Shown: positions 49,098 through 59,594 of the stretch, piece by piece | How the letters are laid out: the number at the start of each line of letters is the position of its first letter | Position numbering within the stretch: the stretch's first letter is position 1 | NCBI GenBank assembly: GCA_900547315.1 | Contig: URGI01000001.1 | Location: 12,639 to 76,638 of the forward strand | Direction: 5' to 3' | DNA: 64,000 bases | Origin: an uncultured Eubacteriales bacterium | Lineage (GTDB): Bacteria; Bacillota; Clostridia; Oscillospirales; Oscillospiraceae | Made by a program: the position numbers and the translations under genes | The notes under the pieces: model-generated | Databases searched by the model: none | The model's input: the letters and a program-made list of their open reading frames with translations, nothing else | Told to the model about the DNA's origin: nothing

Positions 49098-49439
49098 ATG
49101 AGTGAATTTGAAGATAAGCTCAACAGTGTCCTCGGCGATCCGGCGCAGATGGAGAAGATAGCGAATCTGGCAAAGACGCTCATGGGCGGAGACGGCGGCG
49201 CTCAGGAACCCTCTCCGGAGCCGTTCGGCGGCCTTGACATCGACCCGAGTCTCATAAGCCGCATCGGCAAGCTTATGAATAACAGCGGCGATGACAACAA
49301 GCAGCGGCTTTTGCAGGCGATGGAGCCGTACCTGTCGGAAAAGCGGCGCGGCAAGATGGATAAGGCGCTGAAGATAGCGCGCCTTGCGCGCATCGCAAAG
49401 GCCGCGATGGGGGAGGAGGGCGGCGATGGCAAGCTATAA
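49098..49439 (+). CDS. Hypothetical small protein (113 aa)
   Basis: GGAGG RBS then ATG at 49098. Gly/charged-rich. Confidence 0.45.
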   Translation: MSEFEDKLNSVLGDPAQMEKIANLAKTLMGGDGGAQEPSPEPFGGLDIDPSLISRIGKLMNNSGDDNKQRLLQAMEPYLSEKRRGKMDKALKIARLARIAKAAMGEEGGDGKL

Positions 49440-49722
49440 CCGCTATCAGGGCAACACCGGCCGCGTCACGCGCGTAGACGAGCGCCGGGCGGAACGTCCG
49501 CCGGAGGAGCCGCCGCGGCAGTACCCCGCGCCGCGCCCGCCGGATGCACCGAAGCCGAGACAGCTGCCGCTGCTGGGCGGCTCGCTGGCAGATCTGCTGC
49601 CGAAGAGCTTCGGCGAGCTTGAGACGGAGGACATTATCCTCCTGCTCATCCTCTATCTCATGTACCGCGAGAGCGGCGACAGCGAGCTGCTGATCATAAT
49701 GGGCGCAATGTTCTTATTATAA
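49426..49722 (+). CDS. Hypothetical small protein with a C-terminal hydrophobic anchor (98 aa)
   Basis: ATG at 49426 overlaps the end of the previous gene in another frame. The C-terminus is IILLLILYLMY...LLIIMGAMFLL. Confidence 0.35.
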   Translation: MASYNRYQGNTGRVTRVDERRAERPPEEPPRQYPAPRPPDAPKPRQLPLLGGSLADLLPKSFGELETEDIILLLILYLMYRESGDSELLIIMGAMFLL

Positions 49723-49738
49723 TATTGCTATAACAACG

Positions 49739-49762
49739 CCGCCGTGTGAAAGCACGGCGGCA
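49739..49762. terminator. Hairpin between the convergent small-protein (+) and phosphotransferase (-) genes
   Basis: 9-bp stem GCCGCCGTG/CACGGCGGC with loop TGAAAG. Confidence 0.4.
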
Positions 49763-49767
49763 TAGTG

Positions 49768-50856
49768 TTATTTCTGCTCGGTTTTGCTGTCATCCCGGCG
49801 ATGATGCAGGTTCGGGTTGCGCCAGAAGACGTAGAACCAGACTACGAGCGCGATGATGAACGCGCAGATGGCGCACACTGTGCGCACGAGGGCACCGGGG
49901 CCTGCGAGCAGCACCGCGATAAGGCCAAGCACGGCGGACACGCCGTACAGCACCGCGACAGCCTGCTTCTGATTGAGGCCGAGCGCGAGGAGCCGGTGAT
50001 GGAAATGCCCCTTGTCGGCATGGAACGGGCTTTGCCCGTGGATTATCCGGCGGAAGAAGGCGAAGGTCGTATCCGCCAGCGGCACTGCGAGCGCCAGCAG
50101 CGGAACGAGGAAGGTTATCATGGCGTGCAGCTTGAACATGCCCAGTATCGACGCGGTCGACAGGACGAAACCGAGAAGCTGCGAGCCGACGTCGCCCATG
50201 AATATCTTGGCCGGGTTGAAGTTATACGGGATGAAGCCGAGGCACGCGCCGACAAGCGCGGCGAGAATCACCGCGACGTTCGGCTCCGCGACGAACAGCG
50301 CCACGACCAGCATTGTCAGCGAGCTTATCGTCGACACGCCGACGGCCAGCCCGTCCAGCCCGTCTATCAGATTGACGGCGTTCGTGCAGCCGACGATCCA
50401 CAGAAGGGTCAGCGGGATGGGGAGATAGCTTGCGAGAACGAAAGTGGCCTGCTCGGAAAACGGGTTCGGGTTCGATATCGCGTCGAAGACTATGCCGCAA
50501 CGGATCGCAACGACGGCGGCGACGATCTGCCCCGCGAGCTTGATCCACGCGTTGAGATTGACGATATCGTCTATTGCGCCCATGACGACGATTATCAGCG
50601 CGCCCAGCAGAATGCCGAGCACCGGCGTCGACACGTCGACAAATATGAGCAGCGACAGCACAAAGCCGATGAATATGGCAAGTCCGCCCATGCGGGGGAT
50701 CGGGTGGTTATGCACACGGCGCTCGTCCTTCGGGACGTCTATCGCGCCGACCTTTTCAGCAAAACGCTTGACCGGCGGCGTCATCAGGAACGACACAACC
50801 GCCGCGACGACTATGGCCATCAGCAGCTTGAGCCACAATGACATATCTGAAATCAT
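49768..50856 (-). CDS. Polyprenyl-phosphate N-acetylhexosamine-1-phosphate transferase (GT4 MraY/WecA/TagO family)
   Basis: Motifs MGAIDDIVNL and NAVNLIDGLDGLA in an 11-TM protein. GGGAGGA RBS. Confidence 0.8.
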   Translation of the reverse strand: MISDMSLWLKLLMAIVVAAVVSFLMTPPVKRFAEKVGAIDVPKDERRVHNHPIPRMGGLAIFIGFVLSLLIFVDVSTPVLGILLGALIIVVMGAIDDIVNLNAWIKLAGQIVAAVVAIRCGIVFDAISNPNPFSEQATFVLASYLPIPLTLLWIVGCTNAVNLIDGLDGLAVGVSTISSLTMLVVALFVAEPNVAVILAALVGACLGFIPYNFNPAKIFMGDVGSQLLGFVLSTASILGMFKLHAMITFLVPLLALAVPLADTTFAFFRRIIHGQSPFHADKGHFHHRLLALGLNQKQAVAVLYGVSAVLGLIAVLLAGPGALVRTVCAICAFIIALVVWFYVFWRNPNLHHRRDDSKTEQK

Positions 50857-50868
50857 GGATATCCTCCC

Positions 50869-51885
50869 TTAGAACGGCTTCTCCACGAGACCGACGCGCT
50901 TGTAAACCTTGCGCAGAGTTTTGCGGGCAACGGAGCTTGCCTTTATTGCGCCGTCCGTATACACCTGCTTGAGATATGCCTTGTCCGCGAGTATGCGTTC
51001 GGCCTCCTCACGTATGGGACGCAGTGTCTCGATGACGGCGTCGCCCACGGCGGGCTTGAACACGCCGTAGCCCTTACCGGCGAATTCGCTCTCGATCTCG
51101 TCGAAGCTCTTGCCGGTGACGGAGGCGTATATGTTCATCAGGTTTGCGACGCCGGGCTTGTTCTCCGGATCGTAGCGGACACAGCGCTCAGTGTCGGAGT
51201 CGGTGATGGCGCGTTTGAACTTGCGGGAGATCTCTTCGGGGCTGTCCATGAGGAACACACAGCCCGCGGGATCGGACTTGGACATCTTCGAGGTCGGGTT
51301 GCCAAGGCTCATGATGCGCGCACCGACCCTGGGAATATAAGGTTCGGGAACCTTGAAGGTCTCGCCGTAGAGGTTATTGAAGCGGTTGGCGATGTCGCGC
51401 GTGAGCTCGCAGTGCTGCTTCTGATCCTCGCCGACGGGGACGTAGTCGGCCTGATACAGCAGAATATCCGCTGCCATGAGGGACGGATAGGTGAAGAGGC
51501 CGCCGTTTATATTGTCGGCGTTCTTTGCGCATTTGTCTTTGAACTGGGTCATGCGGCTCAGCTCGCCGAACATGGTGTAGCAGTTGAGGATCCAGCCCAG
51601 CTCCGCGTGCTCATGCACGTGGCTCTGGAGGAAGAGCACGTTCTTCTCCGGATCAAGCCCGCAGGCGATATACTGCGCGAGCTGGGTGGTGGAGCGGCGG
51701 CGCAGCTCGGCCGGATTCTGGCGCACGGTGAGCGTGTGCAGGTCGGCCATGAAATAGAAGCAGTTAAACTCGTCAGGAAGAGCAGCCCAGTTCTTTACGG
51801 CGCCGAGGTAGTTGCCAAGGTGCAGGTTGCCGGAGGGCTGGATGCCCGAAAGCAAAGTCTTTTTGACGGCGGTGTCGTTATCCAT
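50869..51885 (-). CDS. trpS: Tryptophanyl-tRNA synthetase
   Basis: Class I HIGH-type motif (GNLHLGNYLGA) and KMSKS motif. 338 aa. Confidence 0.9.
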   Translation of the reverse strand: MDNDTAVKKTLLSGIQPSGNLHLGNYLGAVKNWAALPDEFNCFYFMADLHTLTVRQNPAELRRRSTTQLAQYIACGLDPEKNVLFLQSHVHEHAELGWILNCYTMFGELSRMTQFKDKCAKNADNINGGLFTYPSLMAADILLYQADYVPVGEDQKQHCELTRDIANRFNNLYGETFKVPEPYIPRVGARIMSLGNPTSKMSKSDPAGCVFLMDSPEEISRKFKRAITDSDTERCVRYDPENKPGVANLMNIYASVTGKSFDEIESEFAGKGYGVFKPAVGDAVIETLRPIREEAERILADKAYLKQVYTDGAIKASSVARKTLRKVYKRVGLVEKPF

Positions 51886-52004
51886 AGTTTTTCTCCAATC
51901 TCTGTATGGAAAAAATAATAGCTATAAAGCGTCTTTATATTGTATCAAATCAAGTTCGACTTGACAAGCGGTAAAATGTAAAATAATATATAGATTGATA
52001 TCAA

Positions 52005-52025
52005 GTCCGCAGCTGCGGGCTTTTT
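52005..52025 (+). promoter_or_regulatory. Short terminator-like hairpin (GTCCGC-AGCT-GCGGGC plus T5) abutting the gltX RBS
   Basis: 6-bp stem with a 4-nt loop, followed by TTTTT and then GGAGG. Confidence 0.35.
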
Positions 52026-52036
52026 GGAGGCTTATT

Positions 52037-53512
52037 ATGAAAGATATGAAATGGTTCGAGGACATGGAGGCTCGTATTCCTCACGGCGAGGTACGTACCC
52101 GTTTTGCCCCGTCGCCCACCGGATATATGCACGTTGGCAACCTGCGCACGGCGCTGTACACCTATCTGATAGCGCGCCACGCGGGCGGCAAGTTCATCCT
52201 GCGCATTGAAGACACCGATCAGGGCCGTCTCGTAGAGGGCGCAGTGGACGTTATATACAAGACCATGGCCGAGTGCCATCTGGAGCATGACGAAGGCCCC
52301 GACGTCGGCGGCCCCGTAGGCCCCTATGTGCAGACCGAGCGCCGCCCGCTGTACAAGGAATACGCCGACCTTCTCATCGAGAAGGGACATGCTTACCGCT
52401 GCTTCTGCGAGAAGACGGAGAGCGAGGAGGATTCCGGCGATTTCGACCGTGCGGACGATCCCTGCCGCGTGATGAGCCGCGAAGAGTCCGACCGCCGCGC
52501 AGCCGCGGGCGAGCCTTATGTTGTCCGTCAGCTCATCCCGCACGAGGGCACTACCACCTTCCATGACGAGATATTCGGCGACATCACCGTCGAGAACAAG
52601 ACTCTGGACGATCAGGTGCTCATAAAGCGCGACGGCCTGCCGACCTACAACTTCGCCAATGTTATCGACGACCATCTCATGGGCATCACCCATGTCGTGC
52701 GCGGCAGCGAGTATCTGTCCTCCGCGCCGAAATACAATCTGCTGTACCAGGGCTTCGGCTGGGACATCCCAAAGTATGTCCACTGCTCGCCCGTCATGCG
52801 CGACGCGCACAACAAGATGTCCAAGCGTCACGGCGACCCGTCCTATGAAGATCTCATCGCGCAGGGCTTCCTGACCGACGCGGTGCTCAACTATGTTACG
52901 CTGCTGGGCTGGAGCCCGCGCGGCGAGCAGGAGATATTCTCGCTTGACGAGCTGAAGAAGGTCTTTGAGCTCAGCGGCGTTTCCAAGTCCCCCGCGATAT
53001 TCGACATCGAGAAGCTGCGCTACTTCAACAGCGAGTACATCCGCGCCATGAGCGCCGAGGAGTTTGCGAAGGTGGCCGAGCCGTTCATCCGCAGGAGCGT
53101 GAAGAACGAGAAGTATGACGCCGCCGCTATCGCTGCTCTCCTCCAGCAGCGCACCGAGGTACTGACCGACATCCCCGAGAAGGTGGACTTCTTCGACGAG
53201 CTGCCCGAATACGGTGCGGAGCTGTTCGTACACAAGAAATCCAAGTCCGACGAGGCGTCCTCGAAGGCGGTGCTTGAGCAGATTATCCCCGTTTTCGAGT
53301 CCATCACCGACTGGAACGACGAGAACATCATGGCCGCGATGGTCGGCCTTGCGGAGCGCATGGAGGCCAAGAACGCGAAGGTCATGTGGCCGGTGCGCAT
53401 CGCGGCTGCGGGCAAGGCAGTCACGCCGGGCGGCGCGGTCGAGATATGCCGCATCCTCGGCAAGGACGAGACTCTGAGAAGAATTCACGTCGCGCTTGAG
53501 AAACTGGCATAA
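52037..53512 (+). CDS. gltX: Glutamyl-tRNA synthetase
   Basis: VRTRFAPSPTGYMHVGNLRTAL (HIGH region) and KMSKRHG. ATG at 52037 after a GGAGG RBS. Confidence 0.9.
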   Translation: MKDMKWFEDMEARIPHGEVRTRFAPSPTGYMHVGNLRTALYTYLIARHAGGKFILRIEDTDQGRLVEGAVDVIYKTMAECHLEHDEGPDVGGPVGPYVQTERRPLYKEYADLLIEKGHAYRCFCEKTESEEDSGDFDRADDPCRVMSREESDRRAAAGEPYVVRQLIPHEGTTTFHDEIFGDITVENKTLDDQVLIKRDGLPTYNFANVIDDHLMGITHVVRGSEYLSSAPKYNLLYQGFGWDIPKYVHCSPVMRDAHNKMSKRHGDPSYEDLIAQGFLTDAVLNYVTLLGWSPRGEQEIFSLDELKKVFELSGVSKSPAIFDIEKLRYFNSEYIRAMSAEEFAKVAEPFIRRSVKNEKYDAAAIAALLQQRTEVLTDIPEKVDFFDELPEYGAELFVHKKSKSDEASSKAVLEQIIPVFESITDWNDENIMAAMVGLAERMEAKNAKVMWPVRIAAAGKAVTPGGAVEICRILGKDETLRRIHVALEKLA

Positions 53513-53537
53513 ATTCCAGTTTTTACATTAGTAATTA

Positions 53538-53577
53538 TCCCCTTACGGAGAATAATAAATCCGTAAGGGGGTTTTTA
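53538..53577 (+). terminator. Intrinsic terminator after gltX whose 3' arm contains the RBS of the next gene
   Basis: Stem CCCCTTACGGA/TCCGTAAGGGGG followed by TTTTTAT and then the ATG at 53579. Confidence 0.55.
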
Positions 53578-53578
53578 T

Positions 53579-54853
53579 ATGTCCCAAAAAGCACGAAGAA
53601 TAATGGGTATATACGCCGCGGCGGCGATCGCGATGCTGGCGGTGTACTCCTGCGTCAGCCATGTGCGGCTGGAGAACTACCGGCTCATCGCGAAATACAG
53701 CTCGCAGCGCGCGTTTGAGGAGACGGCGGCCTCGGTGCAGGAGCTGAGTGAGGCGCTTGGCAAGGGCGTGTATGCAGTTGACGCCGGAATGTGCGCGCAG
53801 GTCTGCAGCGACATACAGGCGGCGGCGCAGTCCGCGGAGGCTGCGATGGCGACGCTGCCGTTCACGACGCAGGAGCTGAGCCGCACGGCGGGCTTCCTCG
53901 GCACGGCGGGGGACTACGCCATGTCGCTTTCGCGGCAGGACGGCGAGTTCACCGGCGAGCAGCGGGAGACACTGCGCAGCCTATCCGACAAGGCCTCGGA
54001 GTTCAGCGCGCTGCTTCAGGAGCTGCGCGGCAGCATCAACGACGGCGAGGTGATGATCGACCGGCAGGAGCGGCGGCTTCAGAACGTGGGCGAGGACGGC
54101 GGCGTCACGCTCAGCGCGCGGCTGACCGAGTACGAGGGCGACTTTGAAATGCCCGACCTGCCGGAATATGAGGGGCGCTACACCGCGAGCGAGACGGCGC
54201 GCAGCGGAGACATGAGCGACGAGGAGATGCTCTCCGCCGCGGCATCGGTCGCGGGCGTGGAGCCGGAAGAGCTGAAAAAGGAGTACGGCTACGAGGGCGA
54301 GAGCAGGCTCAGGTGTTACAGCGCAGGGACGAAATATATCCTCGTCAGCTCCGCCGGAGTCGAGAGCCTTACGGATTCCCGTCTCGTCGAGGAGGCGCAG
54401 ATAGACATCGAGCAGGCGCGGCAGCTTGCGGATGAGTTTCTGGCCGCAAACGGCTATGAAGATATCAAACTCAGCGCCGAGGGGGAGAACGGAGCCGTCG
54501 CGCGCTTTGAATATATATGTACCGACGGGGAGGCGGACTGCCTCGACAGCGGCCTGAGCGTGGCGATCGCGCTGGACACCGGCGAGGTCTATTCTTTCGA
54601 CGCTGAGGACTACTCCGACGCGAATCCGGAGGACGGCCGGTGGCAGATAAGCGAGGAGGACGCCCGCGCAAAGCTGCCGTCGGGGCTGGAGGCCGAGAGC
54701 TGCCGCAGGGTGGTCATCGACAGCATCGGCGGAAAGCCGGCCGCCTGCTACGAGCTGATCTGCATCGACGGCGAAAAACAGGTGAAAATCTATATAAACG
54801 CCGCCGACGGCCGGCAGCAGGAGATTCTTGTCAAAACTATACAAGACGTATAA
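53579..54853 (+). CDS. YpeB-like germination protein (N-terminal TM anchor plus PepSY-type repeats)
   Basis: Single N-terminal TM segment. The length and the tandem C-terminal beta-rich repeats resemble YpeB (SleB partner). This comes from pattern memory only. Confidence 0.5.
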   Translation: MSQKARRIMGIYAAAAIAMLAVYSCVSHVRLENYRLIAKYSSQRAFEETAASVQELSEALGKGVYAVDAGMCAQVCSDIQAAAQSAEAAMATLPFTTQELSRTAGFLGTAGDYAMSLSRQDGEFTGEQRETLRSLSDKASEFSALLQELRGSINDGEVMIDRQERRLQNVGEDGGVTLSARLTEYEGDFEMPDLPEYEGRYTASETARSGDMSDEEMLSAAASVAGVEPEELKKEYGYEGESRLRCYSAGTKYILVSSAGVESLTDSRLVEEAQIDIEQARQLADEFLAANGYEDIKLSAEGENGAVARFEYICTDGEADCLDSGLSVAIALDTGEVYSFDAEDYSDANPEDGRWQISEEDARAKLPSGLEAESCRRVVIDSIGGKPAACYELICIDGEKQVKIYINAADGRQQEILVKTIQDV

Positions 54854-54875
54854 GAGGTTTTTATAACATTGATCT

Positions 54876-54908
54876 AAAATCGGAGCGTAGCTGCTCCGAT
54901 TTTTTATT
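54876..54908 (+). terminator. Intrinsic terminator after the ypeB-like gene
   Basis: Stem CGGAGC/GCTCCG followed by T7. Confidence 0.55.
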
Positions 54909-55011
54909 CAGGGGGTATTGATATTATATTAACAACGTGCTTTAATATAGGATGAGTTATGGTTTTGACATGTGTGTAGGAATTTTGTCAGGCAAAACGC
55001 TCATATTTGCC

Positions 55012-55040
55012 TTGAAACCCATGCATTTTTAGGGTATTAT
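55012..55040 (+). promoter_or_regulatory. Candidate sigma-A promoter for the V-ATPase operon: TTGAAA, 17 nt, TATTAT
   Basis: Read directly from the sequence. The surrounding 200 nt are AT-rich with several further -35-like hexamers. Confidence 0.3.
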
Positions 55041-55130
55041 GACTGTGTTGTATGCATTGTTGTTCCATGTGTGCAAAATTCTGGAACGCATGTTATAAAC
55101 CAACAAAATTGACAAAGAGGAGGTGTGCCA

Positions 55131-55445
55131 ATGTCATTTGAAGCGATCGCGGGCATAGCCAAAGCCGAAGCCGACGCAAAGGAGCTGATAGCCGCGGCCG
55201 AGGTCAAGGCTCGTCAGATGTCCGCCGAGGCCGAAAACGAAGGCAAGGCCGCAGTTGAAGCTGCGCGTGCCAAGGCCGACAGCGAGCTGACCGAGCTGCG
55301 CAAGCAGGCGGACGCCAAAGCGATGACGGAGGCGGGAGAGCTTTCCGCGGAGACGGAAAATCGGAAGGCCGCACTGCGCGCCAGAGCCGAAGCCAGACTT
55401 GAGAAAGCCGCGGCTCTTGTTGTGGAAAGGATAGTGAACAGCTAA
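55131..55445 (+). CDS. V-type ATPase small peripheral-stalk subunit (G/H-like)
   Basis: About 104-aa Ala/Glu/Lys-rich coiled-coil protein at the head of the operon. ATG at 55131, 7 nt after GGAGG. Confidence 0.6.
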   Translation: MSFEAIAGIAKAEADAKELIAAAEVKARQMSAEAENEGKAAVEAARAKADSELTELRKQADAKAMTEAGELSAETENRKAALRARAEARLEKAAALVVERIVNS

Positions 55446-57431
55446 ATGGCCATTGTAAAAATGAAAAAGCTGCGGCTCATGGCTATCCGGTCAAACAAGG
55501 ACGCGCTGCTGAAGGAGCTGATCTGCAAAGGCTGCGTTGAGTTCTCCGAGATCGAGGGCGAGGTTCAGGATTCCGACTTCAAGGAGCTTCTGAAACGCGA
55601 GAGCAGCAGCCTTATGACATTCAAGTCCCAGCACATGGCATTAGTCAACGCCGTGGGTATTCTCGACAGGTATTCACCCGCAAAGAAACCCCTGCTCAGT
55701 GCACTGCCGGAGGTCGGCGAGGACGTTCTGCTGGATGACAGCGGCGTCGGCGCGGCACTGGCAGCAGCGGATGAGATATCCGCAAACGAGGATCGCATAA
55801 AAAGCATCGGCGCGGAGGTCGGCCGTCTGGAAAACACCATTGACGCGCTGAAGCCGTGGGCGTCGCTTGACATGCCCCTCGGAACAACCGAAACTCAGCG
55901 CTGCTCGGTAGTGCTGGGAACGGTCGCCGGCAGCACGGACTTCTCCGCGATGGAGAGCGCGCTTGCAGCGGTCACGGAGGAAGCAGAGCTGTTTCTGGTC
56001 GATGCGGACAAGATGCAGAAGTATCTGGTTCTGGTCTGCATGAAGGAGCAGCACGCCGCCGTTATGGACTGCATGCGCGGCTTCAGCTTTGCCGCGGCAC
56101 CCATCTCCGGTATGAACGGCACCGCGCGCGAATGTATCGCAGCCGCCGAGAAGGAACTGCATAAGCTTGCCGACGAGAAGGCAGGCTGCGCGCAGCACAT
56201 CGTTGAGCTTGCGGAGCACCGAGACGAGCTCAAGCTCGCAGCTGACGTGCTCGGCACGAAGATCGCCCGCGCCGAAGCCGAGGATAAGCTCTACGGCCTG
56301 ACAAACGTTCTGGTAATGCAGGGCTGGATGCCCGCGGAGCGCGAGGCCGAGCTTGCCGAAATATTCGAAAAGTACGACTGCGCATGGGAGACCGAGGATC
56401 CGTCCGAGGACGAGTACCCCACAGTCCCTGTGCAGCTCAAGAACAACAAATTCACAAATGCGCTCAACATGGTCACGAACATGTACAGCCTCCCGGCTTA
56501 CGGATCCGTTGACGCAAACCCCCTTATGGCGCCGTTCTTCATCCTGTTCTATGGACTGATGATGGCGGATATAGGCTACGGCCTCGTCATGATCGCCGCC
56601 GCGCTGGTCGCGATGGCGAAGATAAAGCCCCGCGAGGGCAGCCTGAGCTTCTGCCAGCTCCTGCTTTACTGCGGCATATCGACCCTGGCGATGGGCGCGC
56701 TGACCGGCGGCTTCTTCGGAGACGCGCCGTATCAGCTCGTACATATGTTTAACCCCTCAAGCACCTGGGAGGGTCTGCCGTACCTGTTCAGTCCGGTGAA
56801 CAACAGCACCATGGTCCTTTACGGCTCAATGGTTCTCGGTCTCATCCACCTGAACACAGGTATGGTGATCAGCTTCTGCATGAAGGTCCGCCGCGGCCGG
56901 CTTGTAGACGGTCTGTGGGAAGAGGTCCCGCTGTGGGTCATCCTCATCGGAGGCATCATGGCCGGCTTGAGTCTCCTCGGTGTTACCGATGCGCTGGCTA
57001 CTCCAAGTATCGTGGTAATGATAATAGGCGCTGCCGCTCTGTTGATCGGTTCCGCCCGCGGTGCAAAAGGCTTCGGCATAATCGGAGCCGCATTCGGCTG
57101 CATCTACAATACGCTTACCGGCTGGTTCGGCGATATTCTCTCATACTCGCGTATCATGGCGCTCATGCTCGCGGGCGGCGTCGTCGCGCAGGTGTTCAAC
57201 ACCATAGCAGCCATGCCCGCAAACGGCTCCGGTGTGAACGTGTTCACGGTGCTCGCCTTCATAGTCATCTTCCTTATAGGCCATTGCCTGAACTTCGGCC
57301 TGAATATTCTCGGCTGCTACGTGCACGACCTGCGTCTCCAGTGCCTTGAGTTCTTCGGCAAATTCTATGAAGACGGCGGCAAGCCCTTCAGCCCGCTGCG
57401 CATCAAGAGCAAATACGTCCGGGCTAAATAA
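55446..57431 (+). CDS. atpI: V-type ATPase subunit I (a-subunit, membrane)
   Basis: 661-aa protein with a cytoplasmic N-terminal half plus a C-terminal polytopic membrane domain. The start abuts the previous stop (TAAATG). Confidence 0.85.
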   Translation: MAIVKMKKLRLMAIRSNKDALLKELICKGCVEFSEIEGEVQDSDFKELLKRESSSLMTFKSQHMALVNAVGILDRYSPAKKPLLSALPEVGEDVLLDDSGVGAALAAADEISANEDRIKSIGAEVGRLENTIDALKPWASLDMPLGTTETQRCSVVLGTVAGSTDFSAMESALAAVTEEAELFLVDADKMQKYLVLVCMKEQHAAVMDCMRGFSFAAAPISGMNGTARECIAAAEKELHKLADEKAGCAQHIVELAEHRDELKLAADVLGTKIARAEAEDKLYGLTNVLVMQGWMPAEREAELAEIFEKYDCAWETEDPSEDEYPTVPVQLKNNKFTNALNMVTNMYSLPAYGSVDANPLMAPFFILFYGLMMADIGYGLVMIAAALVAMAKIKPREGSLSFCQLLLYCGISTLAMGALTGGFFGDAPYQLVHMFNPSSTWEGLPYLFSPVNNSTMVLYGSMVLGLIHLNTGMVISFCMKVRRGRLVDGLWEEVPLWVILIGGIMAGLSLLGVTDALATPSIVVMIIGAAALLIGSARGAKGFGIIGAAFGCIYNTLTGWFGDILSYSRIMALMLAGGVVAQVFNTIAAMPANGSGVNVFTVLAFIVIFLIGHCLNFGLNILGCYVHDLRLQCLEFFGKFYEDGGKPFSPLRIKSKYVRAK

Positions 57432-57468
57432 TCGTATCTTATTTAAACAAAACATATTTAAGATTTAG

Positions 57469-57951
<483 letters not shown>

Positions 57952-57975
57952 TAACACACCGAACAGGAGATATTT

Positions 57976-58563
57976 ATGAAAGGCACTGAAAAAATAATCG
58001 CGCATATCCGCTCTGACGCAGAGGAGCAGGCCAACGCGATACTGGCTGAGGCAGCCGAGCAGTGCGCAGCCATCAAGTCCGGCTGTGAAGAGCAGGCCAA
58101 GGACACCTACGCCGAGAGAATACGTGCCGGCGTAAAGGAGTGCGAGAGTCGGGCGGACAGCATGAAGCGCATGGCTCAGATGGAATCCAGAAAAGGCGTG
58201 CTCGCGCTCAAGCAGGAGCTGGTATCGGCGAGCTTTGACAAGGCCGTTGAAATGATTGTCGCGCTCCCCCGCGAGCAGTACGTATCCCTGCTGGCAAAGC
58301 TCGCCTCCGAAGCGGCCGTGACCGGCAGCGAGGAGATCGTCCTCAACGCACGCGACCGTGAAGCTATCGGTGCGGACGTTGTCAAGGCGGCCGACGCGCT
58401 CTTCAAGGGCGGCAGCTTCAGCCTGAGCGACGAGACCGGCAGCTTCGCAGGCGGCCTGATACTCCGCCGCGGCAGCGTTGCGGCAAACTGCACCGCAGAG
58501 CTGCTTGTTGAGCTTCAGCGCAGCGGCATGGCGTCAGAAATCGCCAAGGTCCTTTTCGATTGA
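57976..58563 (+). CDS. atpE: V-type ATPase subunit E
   Basis: 195-aa helical N-terminus followed by a globular C-terminus. Operon position is consistent. Confidence 0.8.
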   Translation: MKGTEKIIAHIRSDAEEQANAILAEAAEQCAAIKSGCEEQAKDTYAERIRAGVKECESRADSMKRMAQMESRKGVLALKQELVSASFDKAVEMIVALPREQYVSLLAKLASEAAVTGSEEIVLNARDREAIGADVVKAADALFKGGSFSLSDETGSFAGGLILRRGSVAANCTAELLVELQRSGMASEIAKVLFD

Positions 58564-58601
58564 TGCTGCGGCTGCACAATCCCATATAGGGAGGGAATAA
58601 A

Positions 58602-59594
58602 TTGTCAACAAAAAAAGAAGCGTACCTCTGCCTGTCCGCGATGGTCCGCGCCAAGGAGCCGAAGCTCCTCAACGCCGACAGAGCCAACCGTATGCTCGAG
58701 GCCGCGACCTATGAGGAGGCGGCAAAGCTGCTGACCGACTCTGGCTACGACGATATGTCCCAGATGACCACGAAGGGAATCGAGGCATATCTCACACAAC
58801 GCCGCGAGGACTGCTTTGCAGAGCTTGAAAAATCCGCTCCGGACAAGGCAATATTCGACGTATTCAAGCTCAAGTATGACTACCACAACGCCAAGGTAAT
58901 GATAAAGGCCAAGGCCACGGGGCAGGATGCGAAGCGGCTTATGAGCGCATCCGGCAGGTTCGATCCGGACACGCTTTTGAACATTTTCAGCGAGGATCTG
59001 CTCAGCCGGCTCCCTGAGACCTTCGGCACTGCCATTGCCGAGGCAGAGAGCAGCCTTGCCCGCACCGCAAACCCGCAGCTTGCCGATTTCATCCTCGACA
59101 AGGCGCTGTTCGCGGAGCTTCGGGCGACTGCGAAGCAGATCGGCTGCCCGTTCCTTGACGGCTATGTTGCCATCATGATAGACGCCGCCAATCTGAAAAC
59201 CGCCGTCCGCGCCCTGCGTATGGGCAAGGACACCGACTTCATGGCCGCGGCGCTCATCCCCAGCGGCAGCATCGACATATCACGTATATCCGCCGCAGGC
59301 GACAAGGACGGTATTGCCGCGCTCTATGCAAGCTCCAGGCTTGAAAAGGCCGCCGCACTCGGTGCGGAAGCCGTTTCCGGCGGAAGCATGACCGCCTTTG
59401 AGCTTGCATGCGACAACGCGGTGAACGCGTATCTCTGCTCGGCAAAGCTCGTCAGCTACGGCCCCGAGGCTCTTATAGCCTATCTTGCCGCCGTAGAGAG
59501 CGAGATTACCGCTGTCAGAATGATACTCACCGGCAAGCGCGAGGGCATCGCCCCGGAGCTGATACGAGAAAGGCTGCGTGATATGTATGCTTAA
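58602..59594 (+). CDS. atpC: V-type ATPase subunit C (V0 d-like)
   Basis: 330-aa protein. TTG start after a GGGAGGG RBS. Confidence 0.8.
   Translation: MSTKKEAYLCLSAMVRAKEPKLLNADRANRMLEAATYEEAAKLLTDSGYDDMSQMTTKGIEAYLTQRREDCFAELEKSAPDKAIFDVFKLKYDYHNAKVMIKAKATGQDAKRLMSASGRFDPDTLLNIFSEDLLSRLPETFGTAIAEAESSLARTANPQLADFILDKALFAELRATAKQIGCPFLDGYVAIMIDAANLKTAVRALRMGKDTDFMAAALIPSGSIDISRISAAGDKDGIAALYASSRLEKAAALGAEAVSGGSMTAFELACDNAVNAYLCSAKLVSYGPEALIAYLAAVESEITAVRMILTGKREGIAPELIRERLRDMYA

Noticed and set aside
51886-52036. T-box leader expected for trpS and/or gltX in the divergent intergenic region
   Set aside because: Only 151 nt separate the two start codons. That is too short for a Stem I/specifier plus antiterminator architecture, and no TGGNACC-type T-box core was seen. 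Only a small terminator-like hairpin at 52005-52025 is present.
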